From contig CAWJKT010000001.1 of the NCBI GenBank assembly GCA_963843375.1, forward strand, positions 128,001-192,000: a stretch of 64,000 nucleotides of DNA, in the 5' to 3' direction. Shown one piece after another: positions 10,602 to 19,938 of this stretch. The position numbers were made by a program, and so were the translations under genes. Origin of the DNA: an uncultured Pseudomonadota bacterium (GTDB lineage: Bacteria; Oederibacteriota; Muellerivitia; Muellerivitales; Muellerivitaceae). The notes beneath the pieces were generated by a model that saw only the letters and a list, made by a program, of their open reading frames with translations, did no database searches and was not told where the DNA came from. The first letter of the stretch is position 1, and each line of letters opens with the position of its first letter.

Positions 10602-13600
10602 ATGAACGGGTCCTTTAAAATTTACATATCCCTTTTACGCAAAAACTTTAAAACGTTTTTTGTGCATTCGAGTTTTTTGTCTTTTTTGTGTCTTTTCTTC
10701 GTTTCTTTCACCGTTGTTCCTTCCGCACAGGCACAGTCACCCCAACTTAAAATCTCAGGTAATGAGGTCGTTAACGCCAGCAGTGGTTGTACGGTCCAAC
10801 TGAAGGGCGTGGACCTGTCCGGGTTGGAATACAGCCCCACCGGGGACACCGGAAGCGGTTATCCCACGACCGTCGTTGACGGCACGACCATGACCAATTA
10901 TGTAGCCATCATCACCGAGGCGATCAACGTATGGCACGCGAACTGTATCCGCCTTCCCATGAATCAGGATTTTTGGTTCGGTGGCTGTGGAAATTCCAAA
11001 GCCTCGGGCGAGAATCAAACGGCCTATAAAGACATGATCCAGGCCGTCGTGAATTATTGCTCCAGTAACAACGCCTATGTCGACTTGGATTTGCACTGGT
11101 CGGGCACCTCGGCCGTCACCACGGCACCTTGCGGAAGCGGATGGGGAACCGCCACCGGCCAAGAACCCATGCCGGACATGAATGCGGTGACATTTTGGTC
11201 CTCTGTGGCCTCCACTTACGCGAATAATTCAGCGGTCATGTTCGACCTTTATAACGAACCTTACGATCCAAGCGGAGACGACACCACATTTTGGGACGTC
11301 TGGCGCAATGGAGGATCCACGGGATCCGCTCCCGCCACCACGCCGGGACTCCAGGCACTGCTGACGGCGGTCCGTAACGCGGGAGCTAACAATATCGTGG
11401 TGGCGGGAGGCTTGAACTGGGCTTTTGACTTGAGGGGTGTCGTCGGCCAGGAAACAGGCAGCACCACGGCCTACGCCCTGACCGACACCGGTTCGGGTTA
11501 CGGGGTGCTTTATTCCTCCCATTGTTATTCAAGCAAAGGTTACACGGTGGGAAGCGGATGGGATCCCTATGTGACAATCGCCACTTCCACCGTACCCGTC
11601 ATCATTGAGGAATTTGGAGCCCAATCATCTGACCCCGCCGGTTGGGACAGCTCTGCCATCAGTTGGATTGAGGGAAACAACGATAAGAGTTACGTTTATG
11701 GGGGAATGGCTTGGAGTTTTACTCCCGACGACTCTCCCGACCTGTTGACGAGTTACACGGGGTTTACCACGACTTCTTATCATGGCGCCCCGGTTTCCAC
11801 TTGGTTGGCCGACCTCTATGAAACACCAACGCCTAATTGCTCAAGTGGCGGGAGTACACCAACTTTCACTTTTACACCCACTTCCACCTTCACAAAAACC
11901 AGTACGCCTAGTTTAACTAATACCCCCTCGAATACGCCTTCCTCAACAACTACATTAACCCGGACGAATAGCCCCACCCCTACTCCCAGCTACACAGCTA
12001 CCTCTACGGCCTCAAAAACGGTTACTCCCACTGTGACTAATACGACCACCTCAACCGCCACATTGACTAAAACGGCAACCGCCACTTCAACCCCAAGTTT
12101 CACGACCACGAATACCCCGGTTAGTACGGCGACTCAAACCGCGACGGCTACCGCTACTCGTACGGCTACCACAACAACCACCAATACCGCCAGCAATAGC
12201 CCGACGAATACTTCTTCATTCACGCCGACACAAACATCCACGAATACTTCCACTCACACTTCCACGGCGACCGCCACTGTTACTCCGGTCAATACCGCGA
12301 CCCAAACTGTGACAGCTACTACTACAGGAACCGCCTCCGCGACGGCCACCAATACAACCACCCGCACCCCCACCGGGACGCCCACTAATACCTTTGTCGA
12401 AACCGGGACGAATACGGCTATCAGTACCCCGACGGGCACGGCCACAAGCACGGCGACTAATACGTCAACATCCACTGCCACCAATAGCGCCACCAAGACG
12501 GCGACGAATACCACGACCCATACACCCACGAACACGTCGACTCAGACCCCTTCGAACAGCCCGACTTCCACCCCCACCGGGACGCCCACCAATACCTTTG
12601 TCGAAACCGCGACGAATACGGCTACCAGTACCCCGACGGGTACGGCCACAAGCACGGTGACTAATACGTCAACCTCCACTGCCACCAATAGCGCGACGAA
12701 AACAGTCACGAGTACTGTCACTAACACTTCAACGAATTCGGCGACCAATACCATTACCAACACAACCACGAACACGCCGACTCAGACCTCTTCAAATAGT
12801 CCGACTTCCACACCTTCCGTAACCCTCACCGGGACGCCCACCAATACCTTTGCCGAAACCGCGACGAATACGGCTACCAGTACCCCGACCGGTACGGCCA
12901 CAAGCACCTCGACTAATACGTCAACGTCCACTGTCACCAATACCGCGACAAAAACAGTCACGAATACTGTCACTAACTCATCAACGAATACGATCACTAA
13001 TACCGTCACCAACACACCCACGAACACGCCGACTCAGACCTCTTCAAATAGCCCGACTTCCACACCTTCCGTAACCCTCACCGGGACGCCCACCAATACC
13101 TTTGCCGAAACCGCGACGAAAACGGCCAGCAATACTCCCAGCAATACAGTCACATCCACTACCTCTTTCACGCCGACTTCGACGTCTTCATTGACTGCGA
13201 CTTCTACTGCCAGCTATTCACCCACTAAGACTCAGATTTACACCACAACCTCAACCACTACCTCTACCGCAACATTGACCTTGACCATTACGCCTACCTT
13301 CAGCCCCACGCCTGTGACCGTCGCGGCCTCGCAAGGGTCCAATCCGCCCGGGAATTCAACCCAAGTCCAAGGGGCTTCCGGCGTGACCATCCAACAGATT
13401 CAGATGAACAATCCCAGCGGCGGCGCGGTTACGATTACCAGTATCACGATCTTCGAGACAGGCGTTCCGCCCGCCGGGATCACTTCCCTTGATCTTTTCG
13501 CTAATGGAACGCTGATAGGCACGGCCAGCTTCAACGGGTCAACCGCCACCTTTAACTTCAACAGCGTTATTCCGGGGGACAATGGAGCGGTGACCTACGA

Positions 13601-14114
13601 GGTTACGGTGAATTTTTCTCCGGGATCATCAACGGGGAGTTATGAGTTTAGCGCGACGGGGGCGGCGGGAAGCAACGGCGAGGCCCTTCTCTTTAGCGGG
13701 ATTCCCGTGGCTGGCGCCACGGTCACTCTGGCGGCGGCCACGGCGACCGAAACGCCGACTTCAACGACGACACCTGTAGCGACCGGAACCTTTACGTCTT
13801 TGCCGACGGCGACCACCACCAAGACGGCAACCCCCTCGGCCAAACCGACGGTGGTGGTTTATCCGAACCCCGCCACGGGCGGAACGGTCCAGTTGAATCC
13901 GGATTTGACTTCTGAGTCGAACGTGAGCATCGAAATCTTCACGATCGCCTTCCGGAAAGTGAACACTTTGAATTATTCAAACATCCAACCGGGCGAAAGT
14001 GTGCCTATCCCCTTGAGTGATAGTTGGGGAACGCCCTTGGCCAGCGGGCTTTATTATGTTGTCGTGCAAACCAACCAGGGAAGAAGCGTCGTCAAACTCC
14101 TCATTCTGCATTAA
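10602..14114 (+). CDS. Secreted GH5 endoglucanase-like enzyme with ~490 aa Thr-rich linker, Ig-like domain and T9SS-CTD-like C-terminal domain
   Basis: Signal peptide AQA|Q; 'NCIRLPMNQDFW', 'DLDLHW', acid/base 'LYNEP', nucleophile 'IEEFG'; TxT repeats; tail 'VYPNP...LASGLYYV...KLLILH'. Confidence 0.88.
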   Translation: MNGSFKIYISLLRKNFKTFFVHSSFLSFLCLFFVSFTVVPSAQAQSPQLKISGNEVVNASSGCTVQLKGVDLSGLEYSPTGDTGSGYPTTVVDGTTMTNYVAIITEAINVWHANCIRLPMNQDFWFGGCGNSKASGENQTAYKDMIQAVVNYCSSNNAYVDLDLHWSGTSAVTTAPCGSGWGTATGQEPMPDMNAVTFWSSVASTYANNSAVMFDLYNEPYDPSGDDTTFWDVWRNGGSTGSAPATTPGLQALLTAVRNAGANNIVVAGGLNWAFDLRGVVGQETGSTTAYALTDTGSGYGVLYSSHCYSSKGYTVGSGWDPYVTIATSTVPVIIEEFGAQSSDPAGWDSSAISWIEGNNDKSYVYGGMAWSFTPDDSPDLLTSYTGFTTTSYHGAPVSTWLADLYETPTPNCSSGGSTPTFTFTPTSTFTKTSTPSLTNTPSNTPSSTTTLTRTNSPTPTPSYTATSTASKTVTPTVTNTTTSTATLTKTATATSTPSFTTTNTPVSTATQTATATATRTATTTTTNTASNSPTNTSSFTPTQTSTNTSTHTSTATATVTPVNTATQTVTATTTGTASATATNTTTRTPTGTPTNTFVETGTNTAISTPTGTATSTATNTSTSTATNSATKTATNTTTHTPTNTSTQTPSNSPTSTPTGTPTNTFVETATNTATSTPTGTATSTVTNTSTSTATNSATKTVTSTVTNTSTNSATNTITNTTTNTPTQTSSNSPTSTPSVTLTGTPTNTFAETATNTATSTPTGTATSTSTNTSTSTVTNTATKTVTNTVTNSSTNTITNTVTNTPTNTPTQTSSNSPTSTPSVTLTGTPTNTFAETATKTASNTPSNTVTSTTSFTPTSTSSLTATSTASYSPTKTQIYTTTSTTTSTATLTLTITPTFSPTPVTVAASQGSNPPGNSTQVQGASGVTIQQIQMNNPSGGAVTITSITIFETGVPPAGITSLDLFANGTLIGTASFNGSTATFNFNSVIPGDNGAVTYEVTVNFSPGSSTGSYEFSATGAAGSNGEALLFSGIPVAGATVTLAAATATETPTSTTTPVATGTFTSLPTATTTKTATPSAKPTVVVYPNPATGGTVQLNPDLTSESNVSIEIFTIAFRKVNTLNYSNIQPGESVPIPLSDSWGTPLASGLYYVVVQTNQGRSVVKLLILH
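12766..14109 (+). repeat. Direct repeat copy 1 (~1,344 bp), apparently identical to 16458-17801
   Basis: Same sequence at offset 3,692; four alternate-frame ORFs in the track have identical translations at this offset. Confidence 0.93.
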
Positions 14115-14440
14115 AAATAACTTTAAAGTTTTAACCGAGAATCCAATCAAGAAGTGTTCGGCTTTCTCATTCTCATGTGGTTACCTACCTTTGCCTGCGG
14201 TAATAAAGTTCATTTAAAAATTAAACTATCTGGTTGAACGTGTTAGTTTTTTGATTTAACGGGTACTTCAAAGGACCTTTATTTTGGTCCCTTTGGGCTA
14301 TAAATATAAAAACATGATATATTTAATAAAACGATTTAATGCTTTGAAAAAGCGTTTTATCTAGCTTCGACAAAACTAATTGCGTTTTGTTGCGGATCGT
14401 TTCATTGCTTCTGAAGGCTTTAAAATTTAAAGGTGACACT

Positions 14441-17400
14441 TTGAACAAGTCTCCAAAAAAATTATCCTCCCAAACAAGAATGTTTTTGTTTGGCCCTTTC
14501 CTAAAAACGTTTCGGATGAAAACTAATTCTCCCTTTCTTTTACTTTTAATCTTTTTGTATTCCGCTTTTTTCGATTCAACCCCAGCGCAAGCCGCTCCAC
14601 CCCAATTGAAAGTTGTGGGTAACCAGATCGTCACCGCCAGCGGGGGATGCACCGTGCGATTGACCGGAGTAAATCTTGATTCTTTGGAATGGGAAGCCCA
14701 GCCGGGGGATGGTCCCAGTGGCGGCGACGGGGTTCTGACACAACTGCAGGAGGCGGTCAAATATTGGAACGTCAATTGCGTCCGCATTCCCCTGGATCAG
14801 GACTGGTGGGATGGAAACGCCCAAACTACCCCTAACAATCGGGGTTCCACCAGTCAATCGGGCTACCAAAGCTTCGTGGACTCACTTGTGGCCTTCTGCA
14901 ATACCAATAACATCTATTGCGATCTTGACCTGCAATGGTCCGGGGACGGGTCCACGGGTACAGCCACCGAGCAATATTCCATGCCCGATGAGAACAGCCT
15001 AGTCTTCTGGGCCAGTGTCGCGGCCCGTTACGCCAACAACACTTCCGTGATCTTTGACACCTTCAACGAGCCCTACCCAACTTCCTGGTCTGTCTGGTTG
15101 GATGGTGGTACGACCGCCGAGGGCTTTACCACACCGGGCTTGCAGGCAATCGTAAACAAGATTCGTGCCACCACCGCCAGCGCCAGCAGCACTCTGGCCA
15201 GCGGCACAAATGCCGAGAATGTTTGCATCGTCGGGGGCCAACAGTATTCCTATTATTACGTGGGCATGAGTCCAGTAGTGGATGTCACTGGGGGAAACGG
15301 CATCGTCTACTCGGCCCACATCTACAACAACAAAGGCACGAACACTGCCGCTGGATGGGAGTCCAATATCGAACCGGCTCTCACCTATGGACCGGTGTTT
15401 ATTGAGGAATTCGGCAACTCGGCCAATACCACCGACGGCGGCACTTTCGTGAACAGCGTGATTACCTTTATGAACGGTACCAACGACAAGAATTACATTT
15501 ATGGGGGAATGGCTTGGGACATGGATATTCAGGCGACGCCACTCCTACTTTCGGACTGGTCCTCAACTCTATCCGCACCTGTTTCCACAGGAACTACCGG
15601 CTGGGTGCTGACGTCTTACGAAGGACAATCGGTCTATGGCTGGCTGAAAGGCCTTACCTATCCCACCTGTTCCTCCAGCGGGGCTACCCCAACTTTCACC
15701 TTTACTCCAACCTCCACTTTCACAAAAACCAGCACGCCCAGTTTTACTAGTACCCCCACGAATACCTCTACCTCAACAGCTACTTTAACTCGGACGAATA
15801 GCCCCACCCCCACTCCCAGCAACACCCCCACCTCTACGGCCTCAAAAACGGTTACTCCCACTGTGACTAATACGACCACCTCAACCGCCACATTGACTAA
15901 AACGGCAACCGCCACTTCAACCCCAAGTTTCACGACCACGAATACCCCGGTTAGTACGGCGACTCAAACCGCGACGGCTACCGCTACCCGTACGGCCTCC
16001 GCAACAGCCACTAATACCCCCAGCAATAGTCCAACCAACACTTCTTCATTCACGCCGACTCAGACAGGCACAAATACTTTCACTTATACTTCTACGGGGA
16101 CCACCACGAGTACCCCGGTCAATACCTCTACTTTAACCGCAACCCGCACTTCAACCGCGACAGCCACTAACACCAGCAGCAACAGTCCAACATTTACTTT
16201 ATCCACAACGCCTAGTTCCACAGCCACGAATACCCCGGTTAATACGAGGACTCAGACTGTGACGGCTACCGCTACAGGAACGGCCACCGCGACGGTCACC
16301 AATACCGTTAGCAATAGCCCCACTAATACTTCTTCGTTAACGCCAACCGGGAGCGCTACGAACAGCCCCACCCGCACTTCCACAGAAACGGCCACCTATA
16401 CTTTGGTGAATACCGGAACCCCGACTTCGACGTCCACCAGCACTGTAACAGGATCAGCCACGAACACGCCGACTCAGACCTCTTCAAATAGTCCGACTTC
16501 CACACCTTCCGTAACCCTCACCGGGACGCCCACCAATACCTTTGCCGAAACCGCGACGAATACGGCTACCAGTACCCCGACCGGTACGGCCACAAGCACC
16601 TCGACTAATACGTCAACGTCCACTGTCACCAATACCGCGACAAAAACAGTCACGAATACTGTCACTAACTCATCAACGAATACGATCACTAATACCGTCA
16701 CCAACACACCCACGAACACGCCGACTCAGACCTCTTCAAATAGCCCGACTTCCACACCTTCCGTAACCCTCACCGGGACGCCCACCAATACCTTTGCCGA
16801 AACCGCGACGAAAACGGCCAGCAATACTCCCAGCAATACAGTCACATCCACTACCTCTTTCACGCCGACTTCGACGTCTTCATTGACTGCGACTTCTACT
16901 GCCAGCTATTCACCCACTAAGACTCAGATTTACACCACAACCTCAACCACTACCTCTACCGCAACATTGACCTTGACCATTACGCCTACCTTCAGCCCCA
17001 CGCCTGTGACCGTCGCGGCCTCGCAAGGGTCCAATCCGCCCGGGAATTCAACCCAAGTCCAAGGGGCTTCCGGCGTGACCATCCAACAGATTCAGATGAA
17101 CAATCCCAGCGGCGGCGCGGTTACGATTACCAGTATCACGATCTTCGAGACAGGCGTTCCGCCCGCCGGGATCACTTCCCTTGATCTTTTCGCTAATGGA
17201 ACGCTGATAGGCACGGCCAGCTTCAACGGGTCAACCGCCACCTTTAACTTCAACAGCGTTATTCCGGGGGACAATGGAGCGGTGACCTACGAGGTTACGG
17301 TGAATTTTTCTCCGGGATCATCAACGGGGAGTTATGAGTTTAGCGCGACGGGGGCGGCGGGAAGCAACGGCGAGGCCCTTCTCTTTAGCGGGATTCCCGT

Positions 17401-17806
17401 GGCTGGCGCCACGGTCACTCTGGCGGCGGCCACGGCGACCGAAACGCCGACTTCAACGACGACACCTGTAGCGACCGGAACCTTTACGTCTTTGCCGACG
17501 GCGACCACCACCAAGACGGCAACCCCCTCGGCCAAACCGACGGTGGTGGTTTATCCGAACCCCGCCACGGGCGGAACGGTCCAGTTGAATCCGGATTTGA
17601 CTTCTGAGTCGAACGTGAGCATCGAAATCTTCACGATCGCCTTCCGGAAAGTGAACACTTTGAATTATTCAAACATCCAACCGGGCGAAAGTGTGCCTAT
17701 CCCCTTGAGTGATAGTTGGGGAACGCCCTTGGCCAGCGGGCTTTATTATGTTGTCGTGCAAACCAACCAGGGAAGAAGCGTCGTCAAACTCCTCATTCTG
17801 CGCTGA
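14441..17806 (+). CDS. Paralogous secreted GH5 enzyme with Thr-rich linker and the same C-terminal module
   Basis: 'NCVRIPLDQDWW', 'FNEP', 'HIY', 'IEEFG'; TTG 14441 chosen because its context (aaggtgacact-ttgaac) mirrors gene 1 (aaggggacacc-atgaac); ATG 14480 or 14516 are alternatives. Confidence 0.88.
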   Translation: MNKSPKKLSSQTRMFLFGPFLKTFRMKTNSPFLLLLIFLYSAFFDSTPAQAAPPQLKVVGNQIVTASGGCTVRLTGVNLDSLEWEAQPGDGPSGGDGVLTQLQEAVKYWNVNCVRIPLDQDWWDGNAQTTPNNRGSTSQSGYQSFVDSLVAFCNTNNIYCDLDLQWSGDGSTGTATEQYSMPDENSLVFWASVAARYANNTSVIFDTFNEPYPTSWSVWLDGGTTAEGFTTPGLQAIVNKIRATTASASSTLASGTNAENVCIVGGQQYSYYYVGMSPVVDVTGGNGIVYSAHIYNNKGTNTAAGWESNIEPALTYGPVFIEEFGNSANTTDGGTFVNSVITFMNGTNDKNYIYGGMAWDMDIQATPLLLSDWSSTLSAPVSTGTTGWVLTSYEGQSVYGWLKGLTYPTCSSSGATPTFTFTPTSTFTKTSTPSFTSTPTNTSTSTATLTRTNSPTPTPSNTPTSTASKTVTPTVTNTTTSTATLTKTATATSTPSFTTTNTPVSTATQTATATATRTASATATNTPSNSPTNTSSFTPTQTGTNTFTYTSTGTTTSTPVNTSTLTATRTSTATATNTSSNSPTFTLSTTPSSTATNTPVNTRTQTVTATATGTATATVTNTVSNSPTNTSSLTPTGSATNSPTRTSTETATYTLVNTGTPTSTSTSTVTGSATNTPTQTSSNSPTSTPSVTLTGTPTNTFAETATNTATSTPTGTATSTSTNTSTSTVTNTATKTVTNTVTNSSTNTITNTVTNTPTNTPTQTSSNSPTSTPSVTLTGTPTNTFAETATKTASNTPSNTVTSTTSFTPTSTSSLTATSTASYSPTKTQIYTTTSTTTSTATLTLTITPTFSPTPVTVAASQGSNPPGNSTQVQGASGVTIQQIQMNNPSGGAVTITSITIFETGVPPAGITSLDLFANGTLIGTASFNGSTATFNFNSVIPGDNGAVTYEVTVNFSPGSSTGSYEFSATGAAGSNGEALLFSGIPVAGATVTLAAATATETPTSTTTPVATGTFTSLPTATTTKTATPSAKPTVVVYPNPATGGTVQLNPDLTSESNVSIEIFTIAFRKVNTLNYSNIQPGESVPIPLSDSWGTPLASGLYYVVVQTNQGRSVVKLLILR
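16458..17801 (+). repeat. Direct repeat copy 2 (~1,344 bp)
   Basis: Matches 12766-14109 and diverges only within the final sense codon (CAT vs CGC). Confidence 0.93.
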
Positions 17807-17874
17807 TTCACCAAGAAAAGACGAATCCATGCGGAGTCTTTAGGCCGAATTTGGCGGCGAATTTGTTTAGGCAG

Positions 17875-19938
17875 CTAACGATTTTGGGGTGGAGAAAGGG
17901 ATTGAAGGGCTTGAACTGCCTGGGCGTGGTTGGGATTTAAACTTAGTGTTTTTTCCCATAATTTCCTGGCATCAGCTTCATTTCCCGCCTGGTAAGCCGC
18001 CATCCCTTCATAATAATAGGCGTCCGGATCGTTAGGGTCGATTGACACGGCTTTCGCAAACCAGTTCCCGGCTTGCTTCAAATCCCCCATGGAAAAGTAA
18101 TCAATGCCAACGTTTACGGCGTACCCGGGGTTTTGGGGATCCCAGCTCTGCACCCATAAAAGATGGGAGAGACTTTTTTCATATAAGGACCGGACCTGTT
18201 GAAGCCGGGAAGAAGGGGAGAGTCTCGTCTGGATCTTCAAGGCCTGGGCTTCACCCATCCCTTGAACAGCCATCCATAAGCGCGCCATCCCATAATCCTT
18301 CAGGAAATAGTCCCATGAAACATCGTCCACCGAGTCATAGGGTTTTTGGAAATTCCTTAAGCGCATTTTATCCCACAGACGGTCGGCCCTCGCCTCGTCA
18401 AAGACGGGATTAGCAGGAGGCACAAACCCCTCTTGGGTCAATCCATTTGGAACCAGGCGAATTTCTCCCAACCCGTCCGCTTCCAAATCCGGATAAGTGA
18501 AAAAGAATCTGTGCCCGGGATTTTGATCCAACATCCATTGGAAAAGATGGCCCGAGATGTATTCCTTACCCTTCTCGTGGCGGGGATAAGGAATTTTCAA
18601 TCCGGGTTGGGTACGGGCCAAATAAATCCGATACCAATCCATCGGAAGGCTTCCGCCACCCAGGACAGCTAGATCGGGTCTTTTTTGTTCGATCATTTGA
18701 AAATACCAACAGGGAAAATCTAAGACGTCCCCCTTACAAAAGAAAAAACCTCCCACGGGGACAGAACGCCAGGCGTTCAAAACGTAATCGTAGGTATAGG
18801 TATAAAATTCCTGATTTCCCTGAACCCAGCGGGCGAGAACGAGGGCCAACACCAGGGCCCAGGCGAAATAGGGGGCGGTTTTGACAGCCTTCGGATGGCT
18901 GGGGCCAAAAAGTCGTAGGAGAAAACGGAAGCCCAGGCCTGAAAAGAGCGGAATAAAGATAAAGGAAGCGATGGAATAATTTTGCATGAGGTAAATTTTT
19001 TGGCTGGAGAATTTGGAGAACACACACACGGCCGCGAAGAGACCCGCCCAAGAAAGTAGCAACCCCGCCATATGACGACGCTCACCGCGCCATGCGGCGA
19101 AAAAACCGAAAATAACCAAAATCCCAACTCCGGAAAATTCCACCGCCGCCGAGCGCAAGTAATAAAAACCCTGCTGTGCCCACAAAAAGACGTCCCCCGT
19201 AAAATCCTTGTTCTTGTCCACGTAACGGGTCACATGGCGCAGAAAATTCTGGACATCCACTGGATGGGCCCAATTGACCAGCGGATCCAGGGATGACCTG
19301 AGAGGCAGGTAAAGATAAAGGGAAAGGCCGATGGTCAAGAAAGCTGCGCTTTTGATAAGGTCCTTGGCTGCCACTTCCCGTTTGCTCAGTTGGATCCAGA
19401 CCAGGAAGGTAAATCCACCTCCGGCCGCCAACATGCTCATCCAATGGTTACCTAGGGACAACCCGAAAAGGAAAAAAGCCAAGGACCGTCTTCCCCGAAA
19501 AAGAGCGCCTAAGACCGCTAAAAGGAAAACAGCCGTCAATTGGTATATCCCGTTTTTGGCGCTCAAGGCGGCCGGGTAAGCGGTGGCTCCGGCCATCCAA
19601 AGCAGGGCGAAAGGAAGACTTAGAGAATGCTCCATGTTGAAACGATCTTTCAGAAACCGAAACAGTAAGTAGCAGGCCAAGGCCCCCGTGAATGCCGAAA
19701 GCAGATTGACCCGAAGACAAACTGGCCCGAGGGGCAAAAGGGAAAATAGGCGGCCCAACAGCGTAAAAAGCGGATAACCAGGTGGATGGGCAATGCCCAG
19801 AGACGCCGAAACGGTGATAATTTCCGGACTGTCATCCATATAAAAGGAAGGGTTTAGGCCTACAAGGGCCAGTTCAAAAGCCAGGAGAAAAAGCAGGATT
19901 CCGGGAAAGAAGCTTTTTTCATTCAACCACTTATCCAC
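17875..19938 (-). CDS. DUF2723/TMEM260-like GT-C membrane protein with C-terminal TPRs
   Basis: 'MDDSPEIITVSASLGIAHPPGYPLFTLLGRLF', 'GLSLGNHW', 'YLYLPLRS...VNW', 'GDVLDFPCWYFQMIEQKRPDL'; TPRs at the C-terminus. Confidence 0.8.
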   Translation of the reverse strand: MDKWLNEKSFFPGILLFLLAFELALVGLNPSFYMDDSPEIITVSASLGIAHPPGYPLFTLLGRLFSLLPLGPVCLRVNLLSAFTGALACYLLFRFLKDRFNMEHSLSLPFALLWMAGATAYPAALSAKNGIYQLTAVFLLAVLGALFRGRRSLAFFLFGLSLGNHWMSMLAAGGGFTFLVWIQLSKREVAAKDLIKSAAFLTIGLSLYLYLPLRSSLDPLVNWAHPVDVQNFLRHVTRYVDKNKDFTGDVFLWAQQGFYYLRSAAVEFSGVGILVIFGFFAAWRGERRHMAGLLLSWAGLFAAVCVFSKFSSQKIYLMQNYSIASFIFIPLFSGLGFRFLLRLFGPSHPKAVKTAPYFAWALVLALVLARWVQGNQEFYTYTYDYVLNAWRSVPVGGFFFCKGDVLDFPCWYFQMIEQKRPDLAVLGGGSLPMDWYRIYLARTQPGLKIPYPRHEKGKEYISGHLFQWMLDQNPGHRFFFTYPDLEADGLGEIRLVPNGLTQEGFVPPANPVFDEARADRLWDKMRLRNFQKPYDSVDDVSWDYFLKDYGMARLWMAVQGMGEAQALKIQTRLSPSSRLQQVRSLYEKSLSHLLWVQSWDPQNPGYAVNVGIDYFSMGDLKQAGNWFAKAVSIDPNDPDAYYYEGMAAYQAGNEADARKLWEKTLSLNPNHAQAVQALQSLSPPQNR

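Noticed and set aside
12254..13027. Val-rich minus-strand ORFs (also 15658-16719 and 28421-30055)
   Set aside because: Antisense shadows of Thr-rich ACN codon repeats; no independent evidence of coding.
11855..13320. Repeats read as a CRISPR array or DGR template/variable repeat
   Set aside because: They are in-frame coding repeats with no constant repeat-spacer structure. No cas or reverse transcriptase gene is present, and the long copies show no adenine-specific differences.
12766..17801. 1.34 kb direct repeat read as an IS element or composite transposon
   Set aside because: No transposase, terminal inverted repeats or target duplication; the repeat is the 3' part of two genes.
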